A stretch of DNA of 64,000 nucleotides, taken from NCBI GenBank assembly GCA_958295775.1, contig CATQHC010000002.1:653663-717662 (forward strand), read 5' to 3'. This stretch comes from Chloroflexota bacterium. Lineage in GTDB: Bacteria > Chloroflexota > UBA11872 > VXOZ01. The position numbers and the translations under genes are program-made. The notes below the pieces were generated by a model that saw nothing but the letters and a program-made list of their open reading frames with translations, was not told where the DNA came from and made no database searches. Below are positions 31,679 to 42,372 of the stretch, one piece after another; within the stretch, counting starts at the first letter, position 1; each line of letters begins with the position of its first letter.

Positions 31679-31942
31679 CACCCAAATACTGCGTTTCAGT
31701 TTGGATGGTATACTTGGGAAGGGATTTCAGCTAGGGTGCCTATGCGTCTCGACTAGCAGCACGGAAAGCTCGGTACTTGCTTTGCGAGGTGGGGATGCGC
31801 CTCGCCTGACAACTGTCTAGACTTAGCAATGCCGGAAGCCTTTGTCGAAACGATCCGGCATTCAGTTCTTGGCGGATCTCTGGCAACAGGACTTGATCGA
31901 CAGCGGTCATTCCAGGATCAATTGTGGAGGTATGTGACTTCG

Positions 31943-32275
31943 ATGCCGTTGTATGAATATGAATGTGATGATTGTAGCCATCGATTTGAACGGCAGCAGC
32001 GGTTCAGCGATCCTCCGGTCACGAATTGCCCGGAATGTGATGGATCGGTGCATAAGGTGTTCCATCCTGCGAGCGTGATTTTCAAGGGGAGCGGTTGGTA
32101 CGTTACCGACAATCGCCCTAGTGATAGCAACGTCCGCAGCGAACAGAATGGAAGCACCAAACCCAAAGAAGCCCCGGCCAAGAACTCAAAGGATTCGGCG
32201 GAATCCAAAGCTGCGGGTACTGCCAAGACGGATTCCGGTGGGGAGAACAAGGCGTCTTCGACCAAGAAGGAGTAG
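31943..32275 (+). CDS. FmdB-family zinc-ribbon regulatory protein
   Basis: MPLYEYECDDC...CPECDG zinc ribbon followed by a low-complexity S/K/A tail. Confidence 0.8.
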   Translation: MPLYEYECDDCSHRFERQQRFSDPPVTNCPECDGSVHKVFHPASVIFKGSGWYVTDNRPSDSNVRSEQNGSTKPKEAPAKNSKDSAESKAAGTAKTDSGGENKASSTKKE

Positions 32276-32340
32276 TTCCTCCACTTGGGTCGTAGGCAAG
32301 ACCCTCCAAGTGCACTGACATTCAACAAAGATAGTCTATT

Positions 32341-32371
32341 GACAGAATGGCCCGAAGCGGGCCATTCTGTC
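32341..32371. terminator. Bidirectional intrinsic terminator hairpin
   Basis: Perfect 14-bp stem GACAGAATGGCCCG-AAG-CGGGCCATTCTGTC between convergent fmdB and the MFS gene, flanked by T-rich runs. Confidence 0.6.
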
Positions 32372-32467
32372 TTCGCTTAGGGCACGGCAGCGCCCGACAA
32401 AGTGAAATGCGGGCGCTGCGTTGCAACTCGAGCGGATGATCGGCCCAGCCCTATCCACGCCGAATGG

Positions 32468-33658
32468 TTACGTCATCTTCACAATCGGCTGGTCCTTGAG
32501 CCAGTAGGCAAATCCGGCAGCAATCAAGAAGGCCACGCTGAAGATCCCAAAGATGAGCTGCTCACTGCCGATGAGCGAAATGATGGCCGCTCCCGTCAAA
32601 ATTGCAATGCCGACGCCGAGGTCTCGCCACACAAACAGCGATGCGATTGCCAAGTGACGGTTGCTAAATGTTGTGAGATCGCCAATCATCGCATTGGTGG
32701 CAACGGGCACGGTGCTGTTGAGCAACCCCATTGCCAGGGCGGCAATGCTCATGGATATCGCCCCACCCACGAAAGTCGGCATGAGCAGACCGAATCCCGC
32801 CACTCCGAACGAGATAATCAAGACCTGCTCCCGTCCCAGCCAGTCGGCGATGAAGCCGCCGGCGTAGCTGCCAAAGATGCGGACGACCCAGTAGCCTGCC
32901 GTGATGAGCGCTAACACGCCAAGCCCCTGGCCGCCGCCAATTATCTGGCTAAAGCTGCCTAGGATTAGGCCGAATGCGAGCGATGAGAGAAAGAGAAAGA
33001 GCGCTGCCAGACCGGTTCGTGGTTCCGTGAGCACGCGGAAGATTGGCGCCAGGCGCGGCTTGACACGTCTGGTGTGCTGGTATGGTAGAAGGAGGAAGGT
33101 CGCGACACCAACTGCCGTAATGCCAGCCGCAACCGGCGGGCCCACTTCTACATTCACAACACTCATCAGGGCGCCCAAGAAGAGCACGCCAATGGCTTGC
33201 CCTCCGGTCGTTGCCGTGTAGAGCAAGCCACTGGCACGCCCATAGTGCGTATCTGCGGTGGCGTCCAAGAGCTGTGTGGTGCTTGAAATCCACATTGCCG
33301 CCGCTCCCCAGCCCCATAGCCCGGCAGCAATCAGCAAGAGCTCATAGCGATCGAGCACGAAAGCGCCTATGGCGAAAAGCGAGTACGTTGCCGCTCCCAA
33401 CACCGTACTCCAATACTCACCCAGGTAATACAGCGTGTACGCCACCACCGCGCGCCAGACAAGGAATGAGATATAGACTACCGCGAGCACGGTGGAAGCC
33501 TGGAAGGCGCTGGTAACCCCTTTGTCAGTAAGATAGGGAATCAGAAACTGCTGAAAGGCGCTGGCGCCCATGAATACAAAGAAGAACCCTGCGCTCAGAA
33601 TGAGCACGGCGCGGGGCAGGCCGGCCGCGGGCCGCGACAAGAATCGCAACGCCTTCAA
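32468..33658 (-). CDS. MFS transporter
   Basis: 396 aa, 12 predicted TM helices, MFS-like loop motifs. Confidence 0.85.
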   Translation of the reverse strand: MKALRFLSRPAAGLPRAVLILSAGFFFVFMGASAFQQFLIPYLTDKGVTSAFQASTVLAVVYISFLVWRAVVAYTLYYLGEYWSTVLGAATYSLFAIGAFVLDRYELLLIAAGLWGWGAAAMWISSTTQLLDATADTHYGRASGLLYTATTGGQAIGVLFLGALMSVVNVEVGPPVAAGITAVGVATFLLLPYQHTRRVKPRLAPIFRVLTEPRTGLAALFLFLSSLAFGLILGSFSQIIGGGQGLGVLALITAGYWVVRIFGSYAGGFIADWLGREQVLIISFGVAGFGLLMPTFVGGAISMSIAALAMGLLNSTVPVATNAMIGDLTTFSNRHLAIASLFVWRDLGVGIAILTGAAIISLIGSEQLIFGIFSVAFLIAAGFAYWLKDQPIVKMT

Positions 33659-33747
33659 GATATGAAGTCCGGTTCAGGGGTGCGGATTGCTAGTGGCTGA
33701 ATTGGCATACTTCCTCGTCGGATGAAGGGGCGGCTGGGCATAAGGTC

Positions 33748-34953
33748 TCAGGCACGCTTTGAGACGGAAGGGGTGCGCAGCCTCACGTATTCGGGCAGCG
33801 GACCGCCGATCAGAGGGCGCACGTAGTCCAAGTATTCAGATGTCACATAGTTCCCCGCTTCATCGAGATACGCATCGGGAAGCGGGCGCTCCTTGCCCGC
33901 AACCTCACTGACGGCAATAAGGCCTGTCGTCATCGCGTATTCCGCCCCTGGCATGCGTTCAAGGGTCACCATTTTCCCAGTCGCTCCACTTACGGCTGCC
34001 GCCACCGCCGCCGCACCCACACGATACGACTCCTCCAAGTCAACCGGTGAAGCGAGAGAAATACACGCGCGCTGCATCGTGCCCGGCTTGTCGGTGCGGC
34101 TCTTGAGTCCCAACTCATTCGCTACCAATTCGGCAAGTAGGGTACTCACTCCGCCCAGTTGTCCTCTGCCAAAGGCATCCCGGTCGACTGCGCGATCCGA
34201 GGCAAAAAGCAACTCGCCATCCGGTCGGCGCAAGCCCTCGCACACAGCAACATGAACGTAGCCGTAGCGGTCGTAGGCTGCTTGGACATCCTGCAAGAAG
34301 CGTTCCTGGGTCAGCGGGCGCTCGGGCACATAGATGAGATGCGGCGGATCTCCCTCTTCGCGCTTGGCGAGCGCAGTTGCCGCCGTCACCCAGCCGGTAT
34401 TCCTACCAAACGTCTCAAGAATTTTCACCTGGTCGTGCGTTCGGAGCGCCCAGGAGTCGGAGCCGCCATCCATCGCAGCCAGCGCGGCAAACCTCGCCAC
34501 ACTGCCATAGCCTGGCGTATGGTGAGTACCCCACAAATCATTGTCTATCGTCTTTGGCACCGCGATTGCGCTTAGGGTGTGGTTGAATTCCCGCGCCCAG
34601 CGATCGACCGCCTGCACGGTAAGCGCCGAACCATTGCCTCCAATGTAGATGAAGTAGCGCACGTCATGCGCCTTCAATATCGCCGAAACTCGCACGGCAT
34701 CTGCCTCCGCGAGGGCGTATCTACACGAACCAAGCGCGGCCGAGGGAGTCTTGCGGAGGGCGTCCAAGAGGTGCGGCGTGACATCTGTTATGTCGATAAA
34801 GTCCTCGCCAAGGAAGCCTTCAATGCCGTTGCGCATGCCGTAAATGCGGTCCACGGCCTTGCTCCACGACGCCGCAGCGAGCACGCCAGCCAGCGTGTTG
34901 CTCAAGGTGGCGGTCGATCCGCCTGATTGTCCGACGACCAGTGTGCCGCTCAT
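33748..34953 (-). CDS. 6-phosphofructokinase (PfkA family; ATP- or PPi-dependent)
   Basis: GGNGS (GGDGS-like) motif, PKTIDNDL catalytic motif, ~400 aa PFK architecture. Confidence 0.8.
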   Translation of the reverse strand: MSGTLVVGQSGGSTATLSNTLAGVLAAASWSKAVDRIYGMRNGIEGFLGEDFIDITDVTPHLLDALRKTPSAALGSCRYALAEADAVRVSAILKAHDVRYFIYIGGNGSALTVQAVDRWAREFNHTLSAIAVPKTIDNDLWGTHHTPGYGSVARFAALAAMDGGSDSWALRTHDQVKILETFGRNTGWVTAATALAKREEGDPPHLIYVPERPLTQERFLQDVQAAYDRYGYVHVAVCEGLRRPDGELLFASDRAVDRDAFGRGQLGGVSTLLAELVANELGLKSRTDKPGTMQRACISLASPVDLEESYRVGAAAVAAAVSGATGKMVTLERMPGAEYAMTTGLIAVSEVAGKERPLPDAYLDEAGNYVTSEYLDYVRPLIGGPLPEYVRLRTPSVSKRA

Positions 34954-35278
34954 AGTATTCCCCTTGAAAGTGCACGGGCTGGTTCTTTCCCGCGACTTGC
35001 TCTATCTCAGGTAGCCGGGGTTTGAAAAGCGTATGGGAGACGATTTCATCGCAGTGCCGCCTAGATGCCTGCAAACGCCTGCGCTACCGCTGCGCGCACA
35101 ACTCCCATTGCATGCTACGTTCTGTTCGGGCGACCGTCAATTCGAGGTATTTGCGGTGCGCGCCCACATGCCATGAATTAGGCCGCTACTCGCTATAATT
35201 GCAGAAAGGAATTCGTGAGAAGTGCGGCATTCTGGAGCCGCCATGCGACGTCAACTTGAGCTGCAAAGGAGCATGAGC

Positions 35279-36049
35279 ATGCGATTACGGGACAAGGTAG
35301 CGCTGATAACCGGCGGCGGCAGCGGGATTGGGGAAGCAACTGCCAGGCGCTTCGCGGCAGAAGGCGCTGTCGTCGCTGTGGCAGACCTCAATCAGGCAGG
35401 CGCAGAAGGCGTAGCCGCCGCCATCCGGCAGGCGGGAGGTAGAGCACACGCCATAACGGCCGACGTGGCCCGCGAGGACGATGTGCGCGCTATGTTGAAA
35501 GCGACCCATGCTGAGTTCGGCGCGCTGCATATCCTCATGAACAATGCCGCGATTTTTGTCGACAATGACGTCGAAGGCACGACCGAGGCCGAATGGGACC
35601 GGATCATGAACATCAACGTCAAGAGCCTTTTCTGGACGTGCAAGTATGCGATGCCGTACTTGAAGCAGACGAAAGGCGTCATCCTAAACATAGCTTCGAT
35701 GGTCGGCGTGCACGCGCAACCCCATTCAATTGCCTATTGCACTTCCAAGGGAGCCGTAATTGCCTTCACGAAGGCGTTGGCGCTTGATTGCGCCGGGTTT
35801 GGCATCCGCGCCAACACGCTCTGCCCGGCAAGCGTTACCACGCCGCTCATGAATTATTTCATCGACTTGCAGCCCGATCCGGAGGCGATGCGCGCCAGCG
35901 TGGCGGCGCGGCACCCACTCGGCTACATCTCATCGCCCGAGGAAATGGCCAACGCGGCGCTCTTCCTCGTCTCGGATGAAGCGTCCTTTGTAACCGGCAT
36001 CGAACTCTACGCCGACGGCGGCGGTACGCTGGGGTACAAGACTGCGTAG
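35279..36049 (+). CDS. SDR-family oxidoreductase
   Basis: TGGGSGIG cofactor motif, NNAA motif, YxxxK catalytic pair (YCTSK); AAGGAG RBS 7 nt upstream. Confidence 0.88.
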   Translation: MRLRDKVALITGGGSGIGEATARRFAAEGAVVAVADLNQAGAEGVAAAIRQAGGRAHAITADVAREDDVRAMLKATHAEFGALHILMNNAAIFVDNDVEGTTEAEWDRIMNINVKSLFWTCKYAMPYLKQTKGVILNIASMVGVHAQPHSIAYCTSKGAVIAFTKALALDCAGFGIRANTLCPASVTTPLMNYFIDLQPDPEAMRASVAARHPLGYISSPEEMANAALFLVSDEASFVTGIELYADGGGTLGYKTA

Positions 36050-36109
36050 TCCTTCATTCCTCCAGCACATCATCATTGGCAACGTGCGCCGCCGCCAATG
36101 CCATGACCG

Positions 36110-36586
36110 CTAATCCTGGTCCGCAGGCAGAATCTCAGCCCCGACCTCAATCACGCCTTCGGTCAGGATTTCGGCGCGAAGGCCGCCGCGGTGCATAAGG
36201 TGGTTGATGATATGTGTGTGGCCGCTGGTCTCCGCGAGGTTCGCGCAGGGCTCGCAGAGCAGCAGGCCGCGTAGGCGCACGCCGCCCACCGTAAATTCGC
36301 GATCGATGAGGTGATTCAACGGCACGCCGGCAACCAGCATATTGCGGCGCGATAGATCAGGCTGTAAACGATATCCGTACTCTCTTTCGAGGGCATCCAG
36401 GGCTTCAATCTCTATGAGGGTCACTTCGCGGTGCGGGCCGGGGCGATCCGAATACGTCGCATTGCCTTTGAAATAACGGTCGCCCTCAATGCCCTTGCCG
36501 GGCACCACATGCACTTCATCCTGTGAAACCATTGGTTCCCTACGTGCTGGAGCAGTGTAGATTCCGAGTACTTTGCCTTGAAACAT
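36110..36586 (-). CDS. MOSC domain-containing protein
   Basis: 158 aa beta-barrel MOSC pattern with conserved Cys (LLCEPC). Confidence 0.7.
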   Translation of the reverse strand: MFQGKVLGIYTAPARREPMVSQDEVHVVPGKGIEGDRYFKGNATYSDRPGPHREVTLIEIEALDALEREYGYRLQPDLSRRNMLVAGVPLNHLIDREFTVGGVRLRGLLLCEPCANLAETSGHTHIINHLMHRGGLRAEILTEGVIEVGAEILPADQD

Positions 36587-36597
36587 GCCTCTTCTCC

Positions 36598-37479
36598 CTA
36601 ACTGAAAACTGAAAAATAGTGCACAAAGAAACGAGCGGGGTCAACGGTGTCTGCCACTTGATGGCGGCCGGCCGCGTCACCTGCCTCCCAATTCGTGCGG
36701 CCCGCAAGCTGCGCATCTGCTAATTCAACCTGCACATCTCCTCTAGCAAACGTACAGATGGCGTCGTCAAAGATCGTCGTCGCGGCGAGAGGATCATGAA
36801 AGGTAATCTCGTCTCGTCTCGCAAAGAATACCTCAGCGAATGCGGCCACCGGTTGGAGCAGCGGCGCTTGAAAGCGCATGCGCACTTCGTTGGCGGACAT
36901 ACGGACCTGTTGCGTAACGTCGAGGCCGTGCGACCGGTGGCGCGCAACTGCGCTGCGATAGACAATGGCCGCCGCATGCGGGTCACAGGATGCGTTCCAC
37001 TCCGCGGGCCTTCTCCCCGGCGCTCGCCCAAAGAACTGCCCGCACATGAGCACGAGACTCTTCAGCAGGCAGGGAATCTCAGGGTCGGTGCGAAAGAGGA
37101 GGCCAATGTTAGTGAGCGGTCCGACCGCCAGCAAGGTAACCTCACCTGGATGCGCCCGGACTGTTTTGCGCAAGAATTCAATTGCGGCGCCGTCTGGGAA
37201 TTCATTCCTGTGCGGCCAGTCTTCCAGCGCATCCGCTTGCTGTGCCTTGGGCTGCCGCTGCGCGATCAACAGAGGATCCTCAGCACCGGGATAGATTGGC
37301 ACATCCTTGCCTGCGGCCTCACACAGAGCGCTCGCCAACATTGCGCGCCTGGTTGCTTCGCCACTTACCGTGGTGATGCCGAGCAACTCGCAAAGGGGCT
37401 GCGCCAGCAGGTACGCGAGACAGACGGCGTCGTCAATGTCAGTGCCAATGTCGGTATCAAAGAGCACTTTTTCCGGCAT
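36598..37479 (-). CDS. Nucleoside hydrolase (IunH family)
   Basis: N-terminal [11 protein letters not shown] aspartate cluster diagnostic of inosine-uridine-preferring nucleoside hydrolases. Confidence 0.88.
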   Translation of the reverse strand: MPEKVLFDTDIGTDIDDAVCLAYLLAQPLCELLGITTVSGEATRRAMLASALCEAAGKDVPIYPGAEDPLLIAQRQPKAQQADALEDWPHRNEFPDGAAIEFLRKTVRAHPGEVTLLAVGPLTNIGLLFRTDPEIPCLLKSLVLMCGQFFGRAPGRRPAEWNASCDPHAAAIVYRSAVARHRSHGLDVTQQVRMSANEVRMRFQAPLLQPVAAFAEVFFARRDEITFHDPLAATTIFDDAICTFARGDVQVELADAQLAGRTNWEAGDAAGRHQVADTVDPARFFVHYFSVFS

Positions 37480-37787
37480 TTGGGCAGCCCTTGGCGTTGA
37501 CGCGAATACAACGTGCTTTGGGACAATACTTCATCGTCGGCACGTTAGATTATGCCACAACCGCTATTCGCCTGGCCGAAGCGTTTGCACCGCAAAGACC
37601 TTCTGGCCAGCGTAGTTCGCGGCCGCTCCATGCTTCTTCACTATGGAGTCGGCATCGTCCTTTTCGATTGGCCAAATAGGCAAGGACATGCTGACGGCAA
37701 GGCGAATGCAGGTGCGAGTAGAGTAGAATAAAAGGCCAGTGGCGACAACACACCAAAAGCTAGTAGTGGCAGGGAGCAGACAGCGCA

Positions 37788-38900
37788 ATGAGAGGATACG
37801 ACGTTGTCATCATTGGGGCCGGCATCATCGGTCTCATGGCTGCGCGCGCCCTCCGCGCGGCCGGCCGCACTGTGGCCCTGTTGGAACGAAGCGAAGTAGG
37901 CAAAGAAGCCTCGTGGGCGTCCGCAGGCGTGCTCATGAGCAGACCCTATGCCTACGAGAGCATTTCCGATTTTGCGCTCCGTGTGGAAGGCAGCGAAATG
38001 CTCTTGGCCTTGGCGCCAGCGCTGGCCGCTGAGACCGGCATTGACATTGAAGCCGTGCGTCACCCTGCTCTGCACCTTGCGTTCACTGCGGATGGTGAAG
38101 CGAACATGCGCGCGTTGCAGCCCCAGTTGGAAGGGGCAGAGCTTGGCTGTGAGTTTATCAGCCCCGCGGACGTGCAGGAGCGGCAACCGGAGATCACGGC
38201 GCCGGTGACTCTCGGCATGGTGACTTCATGCGCGAACATTGAGAACCGGCGACTCCTACGCGCTCTGGAGATAGGCGCGCGCAACGCGGGCGTGGAGATC
38301 TTCACAGGGTGCGATGTCCAGACCCTGCAGGTTACCGGCGGCAGGGTGACCGGCGTGCATACCGCGACTCAGGAATTCAATGCAGATGCAGTCGTCAACG
38401 CAACCGGCAGTTGGGGCGGCACGCTGCGGGGAGCTCCGGAGCGCATGCCCGTGCTGCCGGAGCGCGGCCAGATGCTCGCGCTATGGACGGAGTCAGTCGC
38501 GCTCACGCACCTCATCAACCTGCCGCAGTACATCATAATCCCGCGCAAGAGCGGTCGCGTGCTCCTGGGAGCCACGAGCGAACGGGCGGGCTATGATCGG
38601 CGTAATACTGCCGGCGGCGTTCAGGGCATGCTCCATGCCGCAATTCAGGCGATACCGAAACTCGCCGATGCCGCCATTGAAGAGCTATGGACGGGATTCC
38701 GCCCCGCGAACCCGGACGGCTTTCCGCTCGTGGGACGTTCTGCCATAGAGGGCTATTACTACGCCGTGGGCCACTACAAGCTGGGCATCCAGCAAGCGCC
38801 TATCACCGCCGAGGTTATCAGCGATCTCATTACAAGTGGCGGGACTGCTCGCTCGGTAGCGCACTGGGATCCCACACGCTTTGGGACCGCCGAAACATAG
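37788..38900 (+). CDS. FAD-dependent oxidoreductase (glycine oxidase ThiO-like / DAO family)
   Basis: GAGIIG dinucleotide-binding motif, DAO-family length and C-terminal GHYKLGI motif. Confidence 0.75.
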   Translation: MRGYDVVIIGAGIIGLMAARALRAAGRTVALLERSEVGKEASWASAGVLMSRPYAYESISDFALRVEGSEMLLALAPALAAETGIDIEAVRHPALHLAFTADGEANMRALQPQLEGAELGCEFISPADVQERQPEITAPVTLGMVTSCANIENRRLLRALEIGARNAGVEIFTGCDVQTLQVTGGRVTGVHTATQEFNADAVVNATGSWGGTLRGAPERMPVLPERGQMLALWTESVALTHLINLPQYIIIPRKSGRVLLGATSERAGYDRRNTAGGVQGMLHAAIQAIPKLADAAIEELWTGFRPANPDGFPLVGRSAIEGYYYAVGHYKLGIQQAPITAEVISDLITSGGTARSVAHWDPTRFGTAET

Positions 38901-38992
38901 CCCAAACGCACATTCCCCCTTCGTGGTCGAGAAGAAAGCTACAGCCAGCGGCGGGCCTCACCGCTGGCTGTAGCAAGAGCAACCGGCGCTCT

Positions 38993-40222
38993 CTATTCCG
39001 AGAGACCGAAAACCCGGGTGTCGGGCTTGAAGACCGCCCAGGCGAACCAGAAGTGGTTACCGTTTACAACGGACTGAAGCTGCTTGCCGGCGAGCGGACC
39101 AGCTATGGCGCGGCCCAAGACATTCCACTGCGACTGGGTCTCCGTATCCACTATCTGACCGGCGTCGTTTACGGTGAACTTCAGATTCTGGCCGTCAAGA
39201 GTGGGCGTGAAGACGCCGCCGGCGCCAATGTCCGCGCCCTGCGCGAAGGGGGACTCCGTGCCTGGTTGGTAGAAGATCACAATCGGCTCTCCGCCGACGG
39301 TGTCTTCCACCACACTCTGTTCTGCCAGCAAGCTAAATGGATAGGCGGCGTCTTCGCCGTTGATGGTCACCGTGACAACCCTCTCCATGGCTGGCAAGCG
39401 TCCGTCTACCGGCTCGAAAAAGAGGAAGGGCGAGCGCGATATGTCGTCATAGCCGGGATAGGGATTTCTGCCATACGGGCGGGAAATCCCGGTCTCGCGC
39501 GAAAGCACGACGCCTTGCGGATGGGTGCTGCGGAAGTCGGCAAATGAGACGATCGCAGCCGGAATTGTGGTCAATTTCTTGCCGGTCAACTCACCGACAA
39601 TCGCCGTTCCCGTGATCTGCTGCCACCAGCTCTCGGTCTGGCGATCGTACATGATAAGGTCGCTGTACCGTAAGTTGCCGCTCACACCGAAGTCGTACGT
39701 GGAGCCATCGAGGCGCCGGTCGAAGGCAATGGCGGTATTGCAGAGCGGGCAGAAGGTCACCGTCACCGGCACATCGGCAATTGTGTCGTTTACAATCTCG
39801 TGCCACATGAGGATTTCGATTGGATACGCCTTTGCCTCACCATCGATCTCAACCGCCACGACCGGTTTGCGGTCTCCCAGGAGCTCTGCCGCCTCCCCGG
39901 AAGAGATGAATACGGGCTCGTCAATTGGCGGGATGCCGTCTTTCCCGGGTCCACCCGAGATAATTTCGCTCAACGGCACGCTATGTTTCGTAAAGTCGGT
40001 CTTCCACCCAAACGTGGAAAACCTAATGTCGCCGTCAAGCTCCGGGGTCGGTGATGGCTGGACGGCTTCTGCTTCCGGAGTAACGGCGGTGGCGGCCGGC
40101 TCGACTGCTTCGTCCTCCGGCGTCCGACCACAAGCCGCCACCGCCGCCAGACCAACAGTCGCGGTGCCAATCGCCAAAAGGACGTTGCGGCGATTCATCA
40201 GTTTGCCCGTAGCCTCTTTCAC
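38993..40222 (-). CDS. DUF3179-family lipoprotein
   Basis: Signal peptide with lipobox (AAVAACG), CPLC motif and WWQQ motif typical of DUF3179; GTG start overlapping the upstream stop by 1 nt. Confidence 0.65.
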   Translation of the reverse strand: MKEATGKLMNRRNVLLAIGTATVGLAAVAACGRTPEDEAVEPAATAVTPEAEAVQPSPTPELDGDIRFSTFGWKTDFTKHSVPLSEIISGGPGKDGIPPIDEPVFISSGEAAELLGDRKPVVAVEIDGEAKAYPIEILMWHEIVNDTIADVPVTVTFCPLCNTAIAFDRRLDGSTYDFGVSGNLRYSDLIMYDRQTESWWQQITGTAIVGELTGKKLTTIPAAIVSFADFRSTHPQGVVLSRETGISRPYGRNPYPGYDDISRSPFLFFEPVDGRLPAMERVVTVTINGEDAAYPFSLLAEQSVVEDTVGGEPIVIFYQPGTESPFAQGADIGAGGVFTPTLDGQNLKFTVNDAGQIVDTETQSQWNVLGRAIAGPLAGKQLQSVVNGNHFWFAWAVFKPDTRVFGLSE

Positions 40223-40977
40223 TAGAATTCCTCTCCTTGTGATAATGAACGTGCGCCCTGCACCAATTCCTCAAGTGCCGCCCGATCAGTAAAAGTAATA
40301 CGCTTGCGGCCGATATCGAGCAGATCTTCCTGTTTCAGTTTATCCAGCGTTGCCGTGACCGTTTCGCGGTAGACCCCAAGCATGTCGGCCAAGTCCTGAT
40401 GAGTAAGGCCGCGCACTTCATCGGCACTCTCAGACAGCCGCAAGAGCAGCGCTGCCGTACGGGCAGGCATGGTCATGAAGGCACTTTCGTGCAGGCGTTC
40501 CTCGGCTTCCTGCAGGCGCTCGTTGAGGACCTGGATGAGGCGCAAGCCAATGCGGGGATAGGTGATCAAGATGCGCTCCACTTCGGCGCGGCCAAGCGTA
40601 CACAGCGCCACGTCATCGACCGCCTGCGCAACTGACTCCCCCATAGCTTGCCCAAAGAGCGGCATTTCGCCAAAGAATGTATCCGGGCCCAACATCGCGA
40701 GCACGAGCTTGCGTCCTTCAAGTGAAATGCGGTAGAGCTGGACGCGCCCTTCCTTGATGAGAAAGAGCATTTCCCGGCTCTCGTCCGGCGCATAGATGAC
40801 GCTTCCCTTGCTTACGCGCGTGGTCGCGCTCGCATGGTCTATTTCACTGATCTCATGCGGCAAGAGGTCGGCAAATATGTCAATCTTGGAGATACAAGAG
40901 AGGGTGCGATTGTATAGCCCAAGCACACCGTCCGGTTGGACGCTGGTTGTTGGGTAAGACGTGCGCAAACTTCGCAT
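40222..40977 (-). CDS. Crp/Fnr-family transcriptional regulator
   Basis: N-terminal cNMP-binding beta-roll, C-terminal HTH (DLADMLGVYRETVTATL). Confidence 0.85.
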   Translation of the reverse strand: MRSLRTSYPTTSVQPDGVLGLYNRTLSCISKIDIFADLLPHEISEIDHASATTRVSKGSVIYAPDESREMLFLIKEGRVQLYRISLEGRKLVLAMLGPDTFFGEMPLFGQAMGESVAQAVDDVALCTLGRAEVERILITYPRIGLRLIQVLNERLQEAEERLHESAFMTMPARTAALLLRLSESADEVRGLTHQDLADMLGVYRETVTATLDKLKQEDLLDIGRKRITFTDRAALEELVQGARSLSQGEEF

Positions 40978-41538
40978 GGCCCTCTTTCAAACAAGTTCTG
41001 AAGGGATAGCCCTGCAACCAATACCTCAATCGTCTAGCTAATGTGAGCATACCACGCCCACGCACGGTGTTTTGTACGCAAGACTACATTGCCGAGAAGA
41101 AGTGCGAGAGCTTGATTTTCGCTGGCTTTTTGAGCGACCAGATGCATCGCGTCGTCCAATGGTCTCCGCGATGGTCGCCCAGGACTTCCGCTCATGGAGA
41201 CTTGCCCAGCAGTTCTCACCCCTGCCGGGGCTGCAGGCAATACTCGCCCCTCAGTGAGCAACACCATGGGCGTGCACGATGGACTCTGCACTCACAATCT
41301 ACGATCAAAGAAACGCAAGATCGCTCTGCCTGGAGGGCCCTCAGGCTCTTCAGGGTTCAGGTGAAACGCAATGATAGGAAGTGTGCTCGTGCTGAAAGCG
41401 ATTGCAGAGATGGGATTTAAGAAGTGATGTGACTCATCGAGAGGCGTAGCTACTTACATCTTGTCTCTTCAGCAGGATAGGTGCCATGAACCAGCCAGTC
41501 TTACACCAGGAGCGGCTGCCAAGGACGCGCGGCACAAC

Positions 41539-42372
41539 TCAGTCAAAGAAGGGATTGTGCAGACGCTCTTCTTGCGCCGTCGACGCCGGCCCGTGCCCGG
41601 GCAGGAGCTTGGTTCCAGGCGGTAGGGTGAGTATCCTATCGCGTATGTTTTGCAGCATGTCGGAGTACTGCAAGTTGCAACGCCCCATGGAACCCGCGAA
41701 CAGAGTGTCGCCGGTGAACGCTACATCCTCCACGAGATACGTGACACTCCCCGCTGTGTGGCCTGGAGTGGACACTACTCGCACGGTGAATCCTGCAAAC
41801 TCCAGGGCCTCGTTTCCCTGCAACAACTGGGGACCCTCTCCCAACTTACTTCGATTGATAGCCACGTCGGCATCATGCACGTATACGTCCGCGTCGGTCT
41901 GTTGGCGGATTGCGTCTACGTCATTCGTATGGTCGCTGTGCCCGTGCGTAATCAAGATTGCGAGCAAGCGCACACCACTCTGACGAACATGCTCCACAAC
42001 CTCATCACCCAGTCCGCCGGCATCCACGAGCAGGGCGGTCTGCGTGCTGCTGTTGACCAGCAAGTAGACGTTCGCATTGAATTCCTGGACGAGGAAGTGC
42101 TCAATCGCGATGTCCTCGCCCGCCGCAAAGTCGCGCTGGACTGGTTCCCATTCCTCGCGGGCAATCGCCCCCAAACGGGCGTTCTGTAGGCCCAAAACTG
42201 AGGCCAGGCGATCAATGACCGCCTGTTCGGGCGTAAGCTCGTAGCTTTCCATCTTCTGAAGGTCGTCGGCGCTCACCCCCACCTGCGCCGCCACGCCGGA
42301 CGCGCTCAAACCCAGTCCCCGCCGCGCCTTGCCGATGATGTCACCAAACTCGTCTTCCAATGCGTACGCCAT
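41539..42372 (-). CDS. XRE-type HTH domain fused to MBL-fold metallo-hydrolase (glyoxalase-II-like)
   Basis: N-terminal HTH (GLSASGVAAQVGVSADDLQKME), then THGHSDH metal-binding motif and later His/Asp ligands of the beta-lactamase fold. Confidence 0.75.
   Translation of the reverse strand: MAYALEDEFGDIIGKARRGLGLSASGVAAQVGVSADDLQKMESYELTPEQAVIDRLASVLGLQNARLGAIAREEWEPVQRDFAAGEDIAIEHFLVQEFNANVYLLVNSSTQTALLVDAGGLGDEVVEHVRQSGVRLLAILITHGHSDHTNDVDAIRQQTDADVYVHDADVAINRSKLGEGPQLLQGNEALEFAGFTVRVVSTPGHTAGSVTYLVEDVAFTGDTLFAGSMGRCNLQYSDMLQNIRDRILTLPPGTKLLPGHGPASTAQEERLHNPFFD

Noticed and set aside
36796-37500. 234-aa plus-strand ORF opposite the nucleoside hydrolase
   Set aside because: The minus-strand gene carries the DTDxGxDDA signature; the plus-strand ORF is compositionally spurious.
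37480-37787. Possible TPP riboswitch ahead of the ThiO-like oxidase
   Set aside because: Could not find the conserved CTGAGA / ACCTGATCTGGATAATGCCAGCG-like core of THI elements by eye; not reported.
39525-40292. 255-aa plus-strand ORF opposite the DUF3179 gene
   Set aside because: Ser/Ala/Pro-rich antisense ORF without motifs.
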